Virus record (IMG/VR): IMGVR_UViG_3300017702_000602
Span: 1-55,249 of that record
Reading direction: 5' to 3' (one strand)
Source: a virus
Lineage: Duplodnaviria > Caudoviricetes
DNA length: 55,249 bases
Positions 17,031-26,839 of the stretch are shown one piece after another. Both the position numbers and the translations under genes were made by a program. How positions within the stretch are numbered: the stretch's first letter is position 1; each line of letters begins with the position of its first letter. Under the pieces are notes generated by a model. It saw only the letters and a list, made by a program, of their open reading frames with translations. It was not told the DNA's origin and did not search any database.

Positions 17031-17431
17031 ATGCGGTTTTTCCTCGCGGCGGAATCTACAACCTGCTGGAACTGTGCCGCTGTGCGGCGGACTGTGCCCT
17101 GAGGTTGTTGGTCGCTGTGTCCATACTCAAGCTTTACGGCATATGGGAGGTTGTTGGTCATGAACGTGACCCGGCCACCGCGCAGCGCTTGAATCACTTG
17201 AACCCCAGCATCAATAGCAGCCTGCTCCTGCCCTTTCGGGTAATACTGCTCAAGGATGCTGGTCGCGGGAGAGCCTGTGCTGATTGTCCAATTGCCCCTG
17301 AAGAGGCCGTCTTGTACTGCCGAGCGCAGGATGATCAGCGTGAAAAGCTGAATCTCGACATCTTGCCGCGTCTTATCCAGGGCCTTTGCAGCACGCTCTG
17401 TAATTCGGCTTACATCAGCGGCAAATCCCAT
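17027..17431 (-). CDS. HK97 gp10-like neck/tail completion protein
   Basis: G.FRGNW and NNLPYAVKLEYGHS.Q.P.G.VR motifs. Confidence 0.82.
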   Translation of the reverse strand: MGFAADVSRITERAAKALDKTRQDVEIQLFTLIILRSAVQDGLFRGNWTISTGSPATSILEQYYPKGQEQAAIDAGVQVIQALRGGRVTFMTNNLPYAVKLEYGHSDQQPQGTVRRTAAQFQQVVDSAARKNRI

Positions 17432-17784
17432 CAGGCATCCCTCAGCTGCAAAGTCCAGGTTGCCCCGGCTGGATCCTGCCAGACGTTCATCACCCGCTTG
17501 CCGGTGATGTCGTCACCTATCTCCGGCGCGGTGGCCAGCTCGTTCTGGAGCACTGTCAGCTCCTCATCCGTGGCCAGGATGTGCTGATTGTCCACCTGCT
17601 CAGTCTTGAAGCCGCCGAATACGCCGCGGCTGTCGAAGGTCTCGGTGGTTTCGGTCTCATCACCAGTGATCGGGTCATAATCGGTACCGGTCACCCGGGT
17701 AAGGGTGAAAGCGCGCACTGCATCAGCCAGATCAGTATCGAAGGCTTCTGCGATGTCGCGCTGAACATCCTCACGAATTCCCAT
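17431..17784 (-). CDS. Head closure / head-tail joining protein
   Basis: Start at ATG 17784 (MGIRED); YDP.TG and DPAGATW.LQLR; synteny. Confidence 0.75.
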   Translation of the reverse strand: MGIREDVQRDIAEAFDTDLADAVRAFTLTRVTGTDYDPITGDETETTETFDSRGVFGGFKTEQVDNQHILATDEELTVLQNELATAPEIGDDITGKRVMNVWQDPAGATWTLQLRDA

Positions 17785-18158
17785 TACAGCCTCTTCAGGA
17801 TCTGAACAGAGCTGCGTTTGGCAACCCAAGGCGCCAGCAGTGAATCAACGAACTTCATGGCTCCGGATTGCGGTACCGCTCCATCCTGGAACTCGGTTTC
17901 CGTCTCCACCGTGGAGGCTTTCACCTTCTTGCGCTTAACTGCGGCGGAACTGTCCGCGTAAAGGCTGCCGGCGGCCGATTCCTTGGCCAGCACAGCACCT
18001 GCATGCGTCACCGCTTCCGGCTGGGTCTCCCAGCTTTTGAAGCGATAGGTGTTCAGGTCGGCGTTCGCCTGGTACACAGCAGCATCCTTGTCTGCACCAT
18101 CTTCCCAGCCAGAGCCGAGAATGGTATCGACATCAGAAACAGTGACGTATTCGATCAT
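17784..18158 (-). CDS. Head-tail adaptor protein
   Basis: YVTVSDVD...VKRKKV...ETEF...LLAPW; synteny. Confidence 0.72.
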   Translation of the reverse strand: MIEYVTVSDVDTILGSGWEDGADKDAAVYQANADLNTYRFKSWETQPEAVTHAGAVLAKESAAGSLYADSSAAVKRKKVKASTVETETEFQDGAVPQSGAMKFVDSLLAPWVAKRSSVQILKRL

Positions 18159-18712
18159 TGCGCAGGCTCTTTCAGCTTTTTGCGGATGTTCTCGGCCTTC
18201 ATCGCCGCGTGAGGCTTCTTGCCGAAGCGTTCTTTGTACTCGGCCGCCAGCTGCTCGCGCTCGTCAGGCTGTGCATTTTCGACACTACCGCCTGCACCAC
18301 CGTCCTGGCTGGCGTTATCGCCACCACCGGATTCGCCCGCAACGCTGCCATCTGCACCGCCGGCCTGCTCAGCTTCCGTGCCGGCTAGGGCTGGTTCAGC
18401 GTTTCCGGTGCCAGCTTGATCCTTCTCGCCGCCCGCTTGCTCATGGCCAGCGACGGCTGCTTGCATAACTTCAAGAACAGCTCCAATCAGGGCATCACGC
18501 TCTTCTTCAGGCAGCTCATTCCATTCCTGAACTGTCAGCTCGGAATTTTCAAAGGCTGACCGGACAAGATCGCCGAGCGGCACGGTTTGCTCGCCGATCT
18601 CATAAGAAGATTCAAAACTATCACTGCCCACAAGGATTTCGGGCTTTTCTTCAGGCACCTGGGGTTCTTCCCGCGCCATTCGGCGTAGGCGATTAAATGA
18701 GGCCAGTCCCAT
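18155..18712 (-). CDS. Acidic low-complexity protein after the capsid gene
   Basis: AGGAG RBS before ATG 18712; C-terminal YKERFGKKPH motif. Confidence 0.6.
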   Translation of the reverse strand: MGLASFNRLRRMAREEPQVPEEKPEILVGSDSFESSYEIGEQTVPLGDLVRSAFENSELTVQEWNELPEEERDALIGAVLEVMQAAVAGHEQAGGEKDQAGTGNAEPALAGTEAEQAGGADGSVAGESGGGDNASQDGGAGGSVENAQPDEREQLAAEYKERFGKKPHAAMKAENIRKKLKEPAQ

Positions 18713-18768
18713 GGGTTTATCTCCTGTTCGGTAGAACCGGGTGCCCGAAGGCACCCAGCTGTTCAGGT

Positions 18769-19758
18769 TTAGCCGTTGGTGATCAGGCCAGCGATACGAA
18801 CCATTTTGCGGTTGTAAACGCGATCCCAGTTGCCGGCGGCTTCCAGCTCAGCGTTAGTCGGCGCAGCGCCGGCAACAGAGCTGTTGGTGAACTTGATGCC
18901 ACGGGGATGCAGCAGGAAGTGACGACGGGTGATCAGGTAATCGACACCTGCCAGGGAATCCCGGTCATCCTCTGTCGGAGTCTTCGGGCGGCCCTCGCCG
19001 TAACCGATGGCACCGTTACCGAACAAGTAACTGGTGTACTTAAAGCCAGAGGTGCCACCAGCAACCCGCTTGCACGTGTCGTCAACGATCACTCGCTTAC
19101 CCTGGAAGGTAGCGATCTGGCCCTTCGCTTCGTCATCCGGGATGAACTCGATCAAACCAAGCTTTTTCATCCGGTTGTAGATGACGGAGTGAACACCAAC
19201 GCCAACAACGGAGTTGATGGCATCGCCGAAGGTCGCTTCTGCATCAATGAAGGCCTCGCCGCTGAACAGGTTGGCCTCTGCTGCGTTGTTGCCATCAGCA
19301 ATACCAATATCCAGCACCATGTCGCTGCCATCATTCGCCACGTTATCAGCGAAAACGCCCTGCAGAGAGGAGATCATCACGCTCTGCTGCTTGCGGACCC
19401 AGTAATTAGCAACCAGGTCAGCGGCACCACGGATCGGGTCGTCACCGGCCAATGAAGCCGCCAGGTCATTCACTGCCCAAGCCTTACCACGCATGTGCAA
19501 GACAGCCTTGTCTTGGCCTGCAGTGATTTTTGCCGGATCCAGCGCGTCGCTATCAGAGAGAATTTCATCGTCACCTTCCAGGTCATTCCAGAAAGGCATA
19601 TTGATGGAGCTGCCGCCAGCTTCAGCCAGGCGGTTCAGCTCTGCATCATTGGAAACGATGCCACCCATCCGCATGCGAGTCAGTTCAACGGTGCGCTGCC
19701 ACACATACGGGTTAAACACTTCCGGGACAATTACGTCCGCGATCTTTGTATCAGCCAT
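18769..19758 (-). CDS. Major capsid protein
   Basis: TKIADVIVPEVFNPY, INMPFWNDL, RRHFLLHPRG; follows the scaffold gene. Confidence 0.92.
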   Translation of the reverse strand: MADTKIADVIVPEVFNPYVWQRTVELTRMRMGGIVSNDAELNRLAEAGGSSINMPFWNDLEGDDEILSDSDALDPAKITAGQDKAVLHMRGKAWAVNDLAASLAGDDPIRGAADLVANYWVRKQQSVMISSLQGVFADNVANDGSDMVLDIGIADGNNAAEANLFSGEAFIDAEATFGDAINSVVGVGVHSVIYNRMKKLGLIEFIPDDEAKGQIATFQGKRVIVDDTCKRVAGGTSGFKYTSYLFGNGAIGYGEGRPKTPTEDDRDSLAGVDYLITRRHFLLHPRGIKFTNSSVAGAAPTNAELEAAGNWDRVYNRKMVRIAGLITNG

Positions 19759-19846
19759 TTCAAATACCTTTTGAGTCGATGGTTTCTAAGGGGTCGGCGC
19801 AGCCGTGGTTGCGGTCGGCAGCGCAGCCACCGACCCGATAGGGGTT

Positions 19847-20632
19847 TTACGCCCCAGCTTCGGCCTTCATTCGTTCAGCCTTGGCTGGATCTTCGCGGAG
19901 GATCCGCGCTTGTTCTGTCAGGTTCATGGAATCGGCTTTCCATGGGTTGGACTTACCACCCTGATTGCCGTTATTGCCTCGCAGATCCGCACCACTCGGG
20001 CGCGGGAACAGATAGGAGTGAGTTTCGCGAAGGCTTTCAGTGGCCCATTCTTCAAAGGTGAGCGCCCCTTTCTTGCCGGTCACGATTTCACCTTTTTCAT
20101 CGCGAAGGACTGGCTCGCCTTCTTCGAGCTTCCACTGGGACTTAGCCAGCATCTTGACCACGTCCAGGGACTCGGGAATAACACCAGCTTTAGTGGCGGC
20201 AGCCATGGCGCGATTGTCGATCAGTTCTTTGCTGAGCTCGGAATTCAATTTGTCGCGCTCAGTGGTCAACTCATCAATCTGGCTCTGGAGTGCTGCCTCA
20301 GATGATTTCCGATCAGCCTCCCAGCGCTCTTTATGCTTCTCCAGCAGCTTTTCCGTGTTGCCTTCGGCAGCCAGGCGGGCCAGTTCATCATTCTCCAACC
20401 GGTCCATCATGGCTTTGACATCTTCCGGCGTGCGGTCACCAAAGGCGCCCTTCAGGCTTTCAACAGTGCTTTCCAGTTGCTTACGGCTGGCGCGTTCCGT
20501 TTTGAGCTCATCCAGCACCTGCTGCTTGTTGGATTCCAGGCCATTGCGGTCCTTCTTGATCTCGTCAATAACCTTCTGCCGCTCACCTTCATCAACGATG
20601 AGGGACTCAAGCATTTTGATAAGTTCGTCCAT
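19847..20632 (-). CDS. Capsid scaffolding protein
   Basis: Coiled-coil; C-terminal NPW...NLTEQ.R...DP..A..MKA.AG; precedes the capsid gene. Confidence 0.82.
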   Translation of the reverse strand: MDELIKMLESLIVDEGERQKVIDEIKKDRNGLESNKQQVLDELKTERASRKQLESTVESLKGAFGDRTPEDVKAMMDRLENDELARLAAEGNTEKLLEKHKERWEADRKSSEAALQSQIDELTTERDKLNSELSKELIDNRAMAAATKAGVIPESLDVVKMLAKSQWKLEEGEPVLRDEKGEIVTGKKGALTFEEWATESLRETHSYLFPRPSGADLRGNNGNQGGKSNPWKADSMNLTEQARILREDPAKAERMKAEAGA

Positions 20633-20679
20633 TACTTACTCCCGGGCGCAGCCCGTTATCTGTTCGCCGGCGCTGCCGG

Positions 20680-20709
20680 CAGGCATAAAAAAACCCGCCG
20701 AAGCGGGTT
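20680..20709 (-). terminator. Intrinsic terminator in the scaffold leader
   Basis: Identical to 10909-10938. Confidence 0.8.
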
Positions 20710-20732
20710 GGTTGATGACCGGCGCTGCCGGT

Positions 20733-20888
20733 CTATTTGAGGTTTCCAAGGCGAATCTGCAGCTCCATGGATAGTTGCCAATGGAACGAAGCCAAAAACA
20801 GGTTTTGCGCGGTGCCAACCCCGGCCTGTATCAGGACAAAGTTTTGCCACCAGAGAAGGAAATCGGGGTCACATGGCTGAATTTTCAT
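20733..20888 (-). CDS. Small hypothetical protein (51 aa)
   Basis: Manual translation MKIQPCDPDFLLWWQNF...; ATGA overlap with the upstream stop. Confidence 0.45.
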   Translation of the reverse strand: MKIQPCDPDFLLWWQNFVLIQAGVGTAQNLFLASFHWQLSMELQIRLGNLK

Positions 20889-22030
20889 GCCGCCATGCTA
20901 CCGAACACCTCCTTAAAGGTCTCTGAGTCACGTGCCTCAAGCTCTGCAATGCTGTACTGGCGACCCACCGGATCAACAAACCGGTCAATGGTGTAATCGC
21001 CTTTCTTGTACAGCTTGTAGCGGGTATCGCCAAGCCATTCCCGCTGGAAACTGGCTGGCTGCCGAGAAAACCAATCGGGGTACCGGGTCTTTGCGGATAC
21101 CTGGCCAATCATGTCTTTGCTGCGCCGATCCTTGGGTATCTCCGATACCGGCTTGAAAGCCCGCACATATGGCCTTTCACCCATAATGTCAGCCGCCAAG
21201 CTTGGGATCTGAACGGTACGGCAGTTCGGGTGATAAGGCGGCCTTGGATGGGCGGTTCCAACCTTGTGGCGCCGCCCGTCTACGCTCGCACAGTACTTGC
21301 TTGTACGCCCATCCAGAGTGGCCACATCAACCACCTCATCCACCCCGGTGGCTTCCCAAGTCTCAGCATAGGCAGTATTGCTGACGTGGTTCACGCCAGT
21401 GCGCACCACCCGTTCCGCTGCAATCCGGGTTGTCTGGAATATGCCGTCACGGTACCGAAGGGCCTTTGTTCCGCGCAGCCCACGAACTATCTGGCCATTC
21501 GTCTCACCCTGGGCAATGCCCTGCCTGATCCTCGAATAAACCTGCTTTCTGGTCCGCTCAGGGATTTCATCAAGCATTTCCGTGACCAGCTGGCCCATTG
21601 CTGGCCGCTCCATGGCTGCGGCGTAAGCCACGCCGGCACCCGGCGCAGCGGCAATCGGATTTTCCAGCACCGATTGAAGCAAGCGGTGGGCATAGCTGGT
21701 TTCGTTATCGGCCAAGTCTTTGAGACCGGTCAGCACTTCTTCGTTAAGCTGCTTTCCCAGCTGTTCAGCCCAATCATTGATCACTGATCGAAGGCCCTTG
21801 AGCCTGGCTGTGGTGTACTTGCCGGCGGCAAATGCCTTCATCTCCGCTGGCGTTAATTCCTCCAACCTATCCGCCACATCCCTGGCTAGATCACTACCAA
21901 GGCGATTCACGATAGCTATGGCTTTATTTGCCTGGCCCGTTGATAGCCGGTGCAGGTAGGCCATATGCCTTGTGATGGCCTCAACCATCCGCTCTTGAGC
22001 GATACGGCTGGTTTCTTTCCGGGTGGCCAT
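20885..22030 (-). CDS. Minor head morphogenesis protein (SPP1 gp7 / Mu gpF-like)
   Basis: ATLDGRTS..C...DG and PPYHPNCR. Confidence 0.9.
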   Translation of the reverse strand: MATRKETSRIAQERMVEAITRHMAYLHRLSTGQANKAIAIVNRLGSDLARDVADRLEELTPAEMKAFAAGKYTTARLKGLRSVINDWAEQLGKQLNEEVLTGLKDLADNETSYAHRLLQSVLENPIAAAPGAGVAYAAAMERPAMGQLVTEMLDEIPERTRKQVYSRIRQGIAQGETNGQIVRGLRGTKALRYRDGIFQTTRIAAERVVRTGVNHVSNTAYAETWEATGVDEVVDVATLDGRTSKYCASVDGRRHKVGTAHPRPPYHPNCRTVQIPSLAADIMGERPYVRAFKPVSEIPKDRRSKDMIGQVSAKTRYPDWFSRQPASFQREWLGDTRYKLYKKGDYTIDRFVDPVGRQYSIAELEARDSETFKEVFGSMAA

Positions 22031-23445
22031 TACTTGGTGTCGTCTTCAGCCGGCAGGGGATCACCATCCGGGGCGTCACCGGTTTCGCGCAGCGCCTCAA
22101 GCTTTTCGTCGGGGAGATCCGTAAGCTGTGCTTTACGCAAAACCTCGAACAGCACTTTGCGGGGCACCTCGCCGGCCATAACCATGTTTGCAACGATCTG
22201 CATCATGGCCGAGTCGACTTCCTCACGGCTGAATTTCGGTTCTACGCTGAATTCCACCTGGTCCGGATTCAACCCCTGCCAGGTAGCAATGTATTTAAGT
22301 ACCTGCTCGATGCCCTCAGCGGCAGTGACGACGACGCTATAGAGGCTGGTGTGCTGATCATCTTGGCGTGCCTTGCGGGCATCGCCGGACTCGACACCCT
22401 GGACATCGATCACGCGAGCGCCCGATTCAGCAGCTGAATTTCTCTGTGCCTCCATGGCTTTGCGTGTGGCCTCGATGCCAGCACCCTGGAATTCCAGATA
22501 GTCTGCCTTCCCATCTGTTGGAAGCATCCAGGCGGCCATTGGGCCGGTTACCCGCAATTCGGAATCATCATCAAGGCCAGAAACCCAGGGCTGCGGGTGG
22601 GCCGTGTAATGCAGGGCGGTATAGTAATCCGCACTGAGCTGGTAATACTTCAGTGCCGCTTTGGCCATGGTCAGTAGCGGGATTTCATCGCAATCAGCAC
22701 TGTTGTCGGTGGACCCAACGAATACCAGTGGAATGAACTTCAGTGCCTCGCTGGACTCTCCGGCCTGTCGCCCCGGATATTGTTCATCCTGAATTGCCTG
22801 GCCCTGACCATCCAGAAGACGGACCCTATACCGGCCCTCATTCAAATCCAGAACTCGGTAGGCGTCTTCGGCGTCATGTGAAAATTCATCAATTTGGCTC
22901 TTTGGCCGAGCCTCCTTGAGCACGACCAAAGAAAGATCTCTGCGCCCGCCAACAGCCGTTTCCTTCCAGTTAATGGCTGATTCTGCCGTGTATGCACTGA
23001 CGTAGGGCTTGCCGTCTCCGTCAAAGTTGGCCACCAGAGGCTTGCGCCCTTTCGTAAGGGTTGCCGATACAGTACGAAGGAAAAGCTGCTTTAGGCTGAA
23101 CCCGTCAGCCGTCGCCTCGCTCTCAAGGCCCGCCATCGCTGCCGGTAGCTTGATAGTCGGCTCTTGACGACCTACAAGGCCCATCATCGTGCGAAGGCTA
23201 TCTTTTACCCACAACGGGTACTCGGCACGCTCTTTGTAGCCCGTATAAAGCGATTGAGCCTCAGCTTGCGTCATCTCTGAATCTTCAGTGCGGGCCAGGC
23301 ACTCAGCTTCAATCTGCCCTGCAGTCTTCGGCAGGCGACCTGTGCCCGCCCGCTTAATCGCCCACTCACCCTGGAGCGATTCTTCCATCAGCGCCCAGTC
23401 TTCCGAGTGATTATCATACTCGTCGTGGTGATTGGTTACTGGCAT
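22030..23445 (-). CDS. Portal protein (DUF4055-type)
   Basis: Follows terL; Y..RA.Y, AESAINW, YQLSADY...LH, ESG.A motifs. Confidence 0.88.
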   Translation of the reverse strand: MPVTNHHDEYDNHSEDWALMEESLQGEWAIKRAGTGRLPKTAGQIEAECLARTEDSEMTQAEAQSLYTGYKERAEYPLWVKDSLRTMMGLVGRQEPTIKLPAAMAGLESEATADGFSLKQLFLRTVSATLTKGRKPLVANFDGDGKPYVSAYTAESAINWKETAVGGRRDLSLVVLKEARPKSQIDEFSHDAEDAYRVLDLNEGRYRVRLLDGQGQAIQDEQYPGRQAGESSEALKFIPLVFVGSTDNSADCDEIPLLTMAKAALKYYQLSADYYTALHYTAHPQPWVSGLDDDSELRVTGPMAAWMLPTDGKADYLEFQGAGIEATRKAMEAQRNSAAESGARVIDVQGVESGDARKARQDDQHTSLYSVVVTAAEGIEQVLKYIATWQGLNPDQVEFSVEPKFSREEVDSAMMQIVANMVMAGEVPRKVLFEVLRKAQLTDLPDEKLEALRETGDAPDGDPLPAEDDTK

Positions 23446-24896
23446 TAAGCGAGTCCTCGGATTCGGCGGGCTTTACCGGCCTTACGTTTGTTCATCACGC
23501 GGTAGCGGAGGGAGTCATAATCGTGATCTTCCGCGTCGGTGTTGATGTCATCGGGGTTCTTCTCACTGCGCGGTAGCACCGGCAGATGGGCGATAATCTT
23601 TCTGCAGTGGTCCATGAAGTAGAGACCGGGGTCCTCTGGCTGATCTTTGGCGGCCTCTTTGAGTCGCGTCCGCATCAGTTCCAAACCGTTCACCCGGGAG
23701 CCAGGGCTTTTATCGGATTCGGTCCACTTCACACCAGACTTGGCCATCTTGGCGGCCACGCTGTCGCTGTCCGATTCGTTCACGTTGCTGATCTGGTTGT
23801 CAGCAGGGCCAGGCTTGGGCTTTTTGGCTACCCAGGCCCCCTTCTGAAGCGATTCCTCACGCTCATTGATGCCGGCAGCGATCTCTTTGGCCGACAGCTT
23901 CAGGCCCTCGTTTGGCCCCTTGGCGCCATACCATTCATGGCAGACAACGATTGAGCCCCGCGGCGGACAGAACTTGCTGCCATCCGGCAACGTGGCTTCG
24001 GTTCCGTCTGCCTCTGCATGCCAGAGCACCGAAAAAGGGTGTGTTGAGCCCCAGTCAAAGGACCGGTCAACATGCCAGCTGGCCGGAACCTTGAATCTGG
24101 GCTTAACGTGCCGCGACTCATTCCAGACATCATCGAACGCGCCACCGGAAACAATGTTCCAGTCGCCGTCCTTCATGGCCTTCACAAGGGCCGGGTTACC
24201 CAAGCCCTCCAGGCGGTCGATGTAATCCGGATCGTTCTCGAGCAGAGAAGGGTTATCATCCAGCTTCGCCGGGATGTACTGGCGGAGCATGCCGCCTTCT
24301 GACTTGCTCACGCGATGGATGGCCAACGGCTTGTCAGCATCCACGAAAGCGGTTTTTACCCAGTTGTGACCAACGCCACCAGGGTTAGAGCCGGAAATTG
24401 CCCGGGGAAACAGGCCTTTCATTTCCGGGGGCACGTCCAAAGTGCCGAGCCGGAGCCGACCCCGCAGGTACCGGTAAATCGATTCGGTGAAGTGGGTCAG
24501 CTCGTCCATCAGGAGGACGTGTATTTCAGCCCCCTGGTACTTGAATTTGTCTTTCTCGTGCTGGCAGTGGCACAGGAAGATGTGCGATCCATTCCAGAAC
24601 TTGATGAAGTGCTTCGAGCCGTTGTATTTGGCAAAGCCCGCATCGAACCAAGGCGCCAGCAGCTCGAAGAAGCCACCAGGACCATGGAGGTGGTTCTTTT
24701 CCAAGTCATCCGAAAGGCGCCGAAACAGGTAAACCTGCAATCCCGGCACCGAGGCACACCAGATGATGGCCGCCACCCGCATAAGGTGACTTTTACCGCC
24801 CCCAGCTGCCCCGCCATACAGAATCTCTGTGGCGAGCGAATCAAACGCCACGCCCTGTCGATCATGGAGTTCCAGATCCAGGGCGCCATCGGGCAT
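23445..24896 (-). CDS. terL: Terminase large subunit
   Basis: YGGAAGGGKS Walker A, LLMDE Walker B, SNPGG, FDWG, EDHDYD.LRY. Confidence 0.95.
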   Translation of the reverse strand: MPDGALDLELHDRQGVAFDSLATEILYGGAAGGGKSHLMRVAAIIWCASVPGLQVYLFRRLSDDLEKNHLHGPGGFFELLAPWFDAGFAKYNGSKHFIKFWNGSHIFLCHCQHEKDKFKYQGAEIHVLLMDELTHFTESIYRYLRGRLRLGTLDVPPEMKGLFPRAISGSNPGGVGHNWVKTAFVDADKPLAIHRVSKSEGGMLRQYIPAKLDDNPSLLENDPDYIDRLEGLGNPALVKAMKDGDWNIVSGGAFDDVWNESRHVKPRFKVPASWHVDRSFDWGSTHPFSVLWHAEADGTEATLPDGSKFCPPRGSIVVCHEWYGAKGPNEGLKLSAKEIAAGINEREESLQKGAWVAKKPKPGPADNQISNVNESDSDSVAAKMAKSGVKWTESDKSPGSRVNGLELMRTRLKEAAKDQPEDPGLYFMDHCRKIIAHLPVLPRSEKNPDDINTDAEDHDYDSLRYRVMNKRKAGKARRIRGLA

Positions 24897-25330
24897 TATT
24901 TTCTCGTCAGGTTGATAACCGGCGTCAGCCTTCCGTCCGGATTGTTGTGTTCCAGCACGCGCTTGTTGCTATAGGCATCACCGGCTTCTTTGGCGGCCTG
25001 CTCCAACAGATCCTTTGCCAGCACCATGTTGCCCATGTTCTCGGCCTTCTCCGCCATCCGCTGAAGGGTCCGCAGTCGAACCGCCTTATGGCTGATGGCA
25101 ATGCCGCTGGTGTCCTCAAGAAACGCCTCCCGGGTGCTCTCGAAGACCTGCTTGTACTTCTTCGCCAAGTTCCTGCCGGCGTACTTTGTCGGGTCATACC
25201 CCTCAACCACCTGCCGCGGCAAAGTGAGCTGATACTCTTCACTGACCGCCTTCGCCACCATCGTTGGCGTGTCAAAGCACGCCAGACGCTGGACAATGAA
25301 GAGTTTCTGCTCAGGGTTGAGTCGGGCCAT
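24896..25330 (-). CDS. terS: Terminase small subunit (DUF2280-type)
   Basis: K.FIVQ.LACFDTP..V...V.EE...YDPTK; directly upstream of terL. Confidence 0.85.
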   Translation of the reverse strand: MARLNPEQKLFIVQRLACFDTPTMVAKAVSEEYQLTLPRQVVEGYDPTKYAGRNLAKKYKQVFESTREAFLEDTSGIAISHKAVRLRTLQRMAEKAENMGNMVLAKDLLEQAAKEAGDAYSNKRVLEHNNPDGRLTPVINLTRK

Positions 25331-25353
25331 AAATACTTACCAGTCAGGCTTGG

Positions 25354-26004
25354 TCAGGAAGAAACCGCGCGCAGACAGGTTCCGCACGCTCTTGAGATGT
25401 CGGCATTGGCGACCTCCGGCTGAGCGTTACCCGCGGCTACCAACTGAGCCAGATTGCCTTCTGGGTGGCCTACCCCGTAACGACGTACCACACCCACGAA
25501 TTCCTCTACGTCATGACCCCGGATTGTCCATGTGGGCAGCCCTGTTTCCTGGTTGAACTTCGGGGAGCCGAACTCATCCGTCGCCTGGCCGCAGTGATAT
25601 AACTCATGCTCCACCAGCGCCGCAAAGCTGCGATCATCCGCAGCCTCAGCGCAGTAATGAGCATCCAGCGTGATCAGGAAGTCAGGCATACAGCCAAACC
25701 AGTCGTTGATCTGCTGTTCCTGCCTCACCTTATGCCAACGGTTGCACATGAACCGGGGTATCTCAGCCATGCCAATCACCCTGCGTCCCTTGCTCTCGTT
25801 ACCGCTACCAGCCCAGAGCACGCCGATAGTGGCATTCTCCAGGTGTGCATGATCCGGGTTATGCAGAGAACCGTTCTCGCTCACGATTTCTCGCTGGATC
25901 CAGTCCACCACAGCAGTGTCCGGCACCATCGGCCCGTACTCTGCGAATTCCAGCGCCTCTTGCGGCGGCATCGGCCGTGTGATCTTGGCTTTACTCTTCT
26001 TCAA
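25354..26004 (-). CDS. Putative phage metallopeptidase
   Basis: HELYH zinc motif and HDVEEF.GVVRRYG; start uncertain. Confidence 0.8.
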   Translation of the reverse strand: MKKSKAKITRPMPPQEALEFAEYGPMVPDTAVVDWIQREIVSENGSLHNPDHAHLENATIGVLWAGSGNESKGRRVIGMAEIPRFMCNRWHKVRQEQQINDWFGCMPDFLITLDAHYCAEAADDRSFAALVEHELYHCGQATDEFGSPKFNQETGLPTWTIRGHDVEEFVGVVRRYGVGHPEGNLAQLVAAGNAQPEVANADISRACGTCLRAVSS

Positions 26005-26452
26005 GGTCCCACCAGTCCGCGTTAATCATTCGGCTACTCATCCCCCGCTCCCGGAGCATGTGAATGCCGTAGTCGTGGCAGACCACCTGGCCATTCAGTA
26101 AGCCAAAGTTCGTACTCTTGGTGTCCGTTAAGAACGTGGGCAGCTTGGCCGGGAGTTCATCACGGCGCAGAGGCTGGGTACGGCGCTGCAGCAGCATGGA
26201 GCCACCACCCGCAATCGCCACTACTGGAGCAAACCAGCGGGCATGCTTGGTGTGCTCTATCACGTTCCAGGTGTTGAATTCTTCGATGTTGTACCAGTGG
26301 TGCTTCTCGGTCTCGATCTTCACGACCAGAGTGGGGTCAGGCTCCCAGACATAGACATGCCTGCTCATCCCTTCGCCCAGCTTCTCACCGATGCACAGTT
26401 CCCAAAGGTCAGCGGGCACCACACCACCAAAAAACTCATATGGGTCAGACAT
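25991..26452 (-). CDS. Minimal protein kinase-like protein (153 aa)
   Basis: LGEGMSRHVY Gly loop, VVK, NIEE, DTKSTN catalytic loop, DYG. Confidence 0.78.
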   Translation of the reverse strand: MSDPYEFFGGVVPADLWELCIGEKLGEGMSRHVYVWEPDPTLVVKIETEKHHWYNIEEFNTWNVIEHTKHARWFAPVVAIAGGGSMLLQRRTQPLRRDELPAKLPTFLTDTKSTNFGLLNGQVVCHDYGIHMLRERGMSSRMINADWWDLEEE

Positions 26453-26616
26453 CAGTCTTCGACAACCTCTGTCTTGGTGCCCTTCTTCAGCCAGTAGTCA
26501 ACCTTGGCTGGGTTCGGCTCCCTCCCGGTGACCATGCTGATGAAGCACACGCCCTGGATATAGAGCGGCACCCACCAGCGCACGGTCAAACGGAGACGCA
26601 GGAACCGGCGCCCCAT
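26452..26616 (-). CDS. Small hypothetical protein (54 aa)
   Basis: MGRRFLRLRLTVRWWVPLYIQ...GREPNPAKV; TGATG overlaps on both sides. Confidence 0.65.
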   Translation of the reverse strand: MGRRFLRLRLTVRWWVPLYIQGVCFISMVTGREPNPAKVDYWLKKGTKTEVVED

Positions 26617-26801
26617 CAATCCTGCACCTTCACCACAGGGGCCACGTTCATGCCGGCAGCTTCTGCCCGGGCATGCACCGCGCCAGCGATGTTCTCGGCC
26701 TGTTTCAGTGTCAGGTCAGTGGCCACCTGATCCGAGCCAGTCTCTTCGCTGTAGTAGGTCACCTGGTAGCGCTCTATGGGTGTGATGCGAACTTCAATCA
26801 T
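26616..26801 (-). CDS. Hypothetical protein
   Basis: GAGGAG RBS; coupled to the next gene. Confidence 0.65.
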   Translation of the reverse strand: MIEVRITPIERYQVTYYSEETGSDQVATDLTLKQAENIAGAVHARAEAAGMNVAPVVKVQD

Positions 26802-26839
26802 GCTTGCTCCTCGACCCCCTCAAGGGCCTATGGCTGGGT

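Noticed and set aside
26452-26616. Apparent frameshift in the small gene upstream of the kinase
   Set aside because: Re-reading 26511-26535 shows an intact frame (MVTGREPNP)
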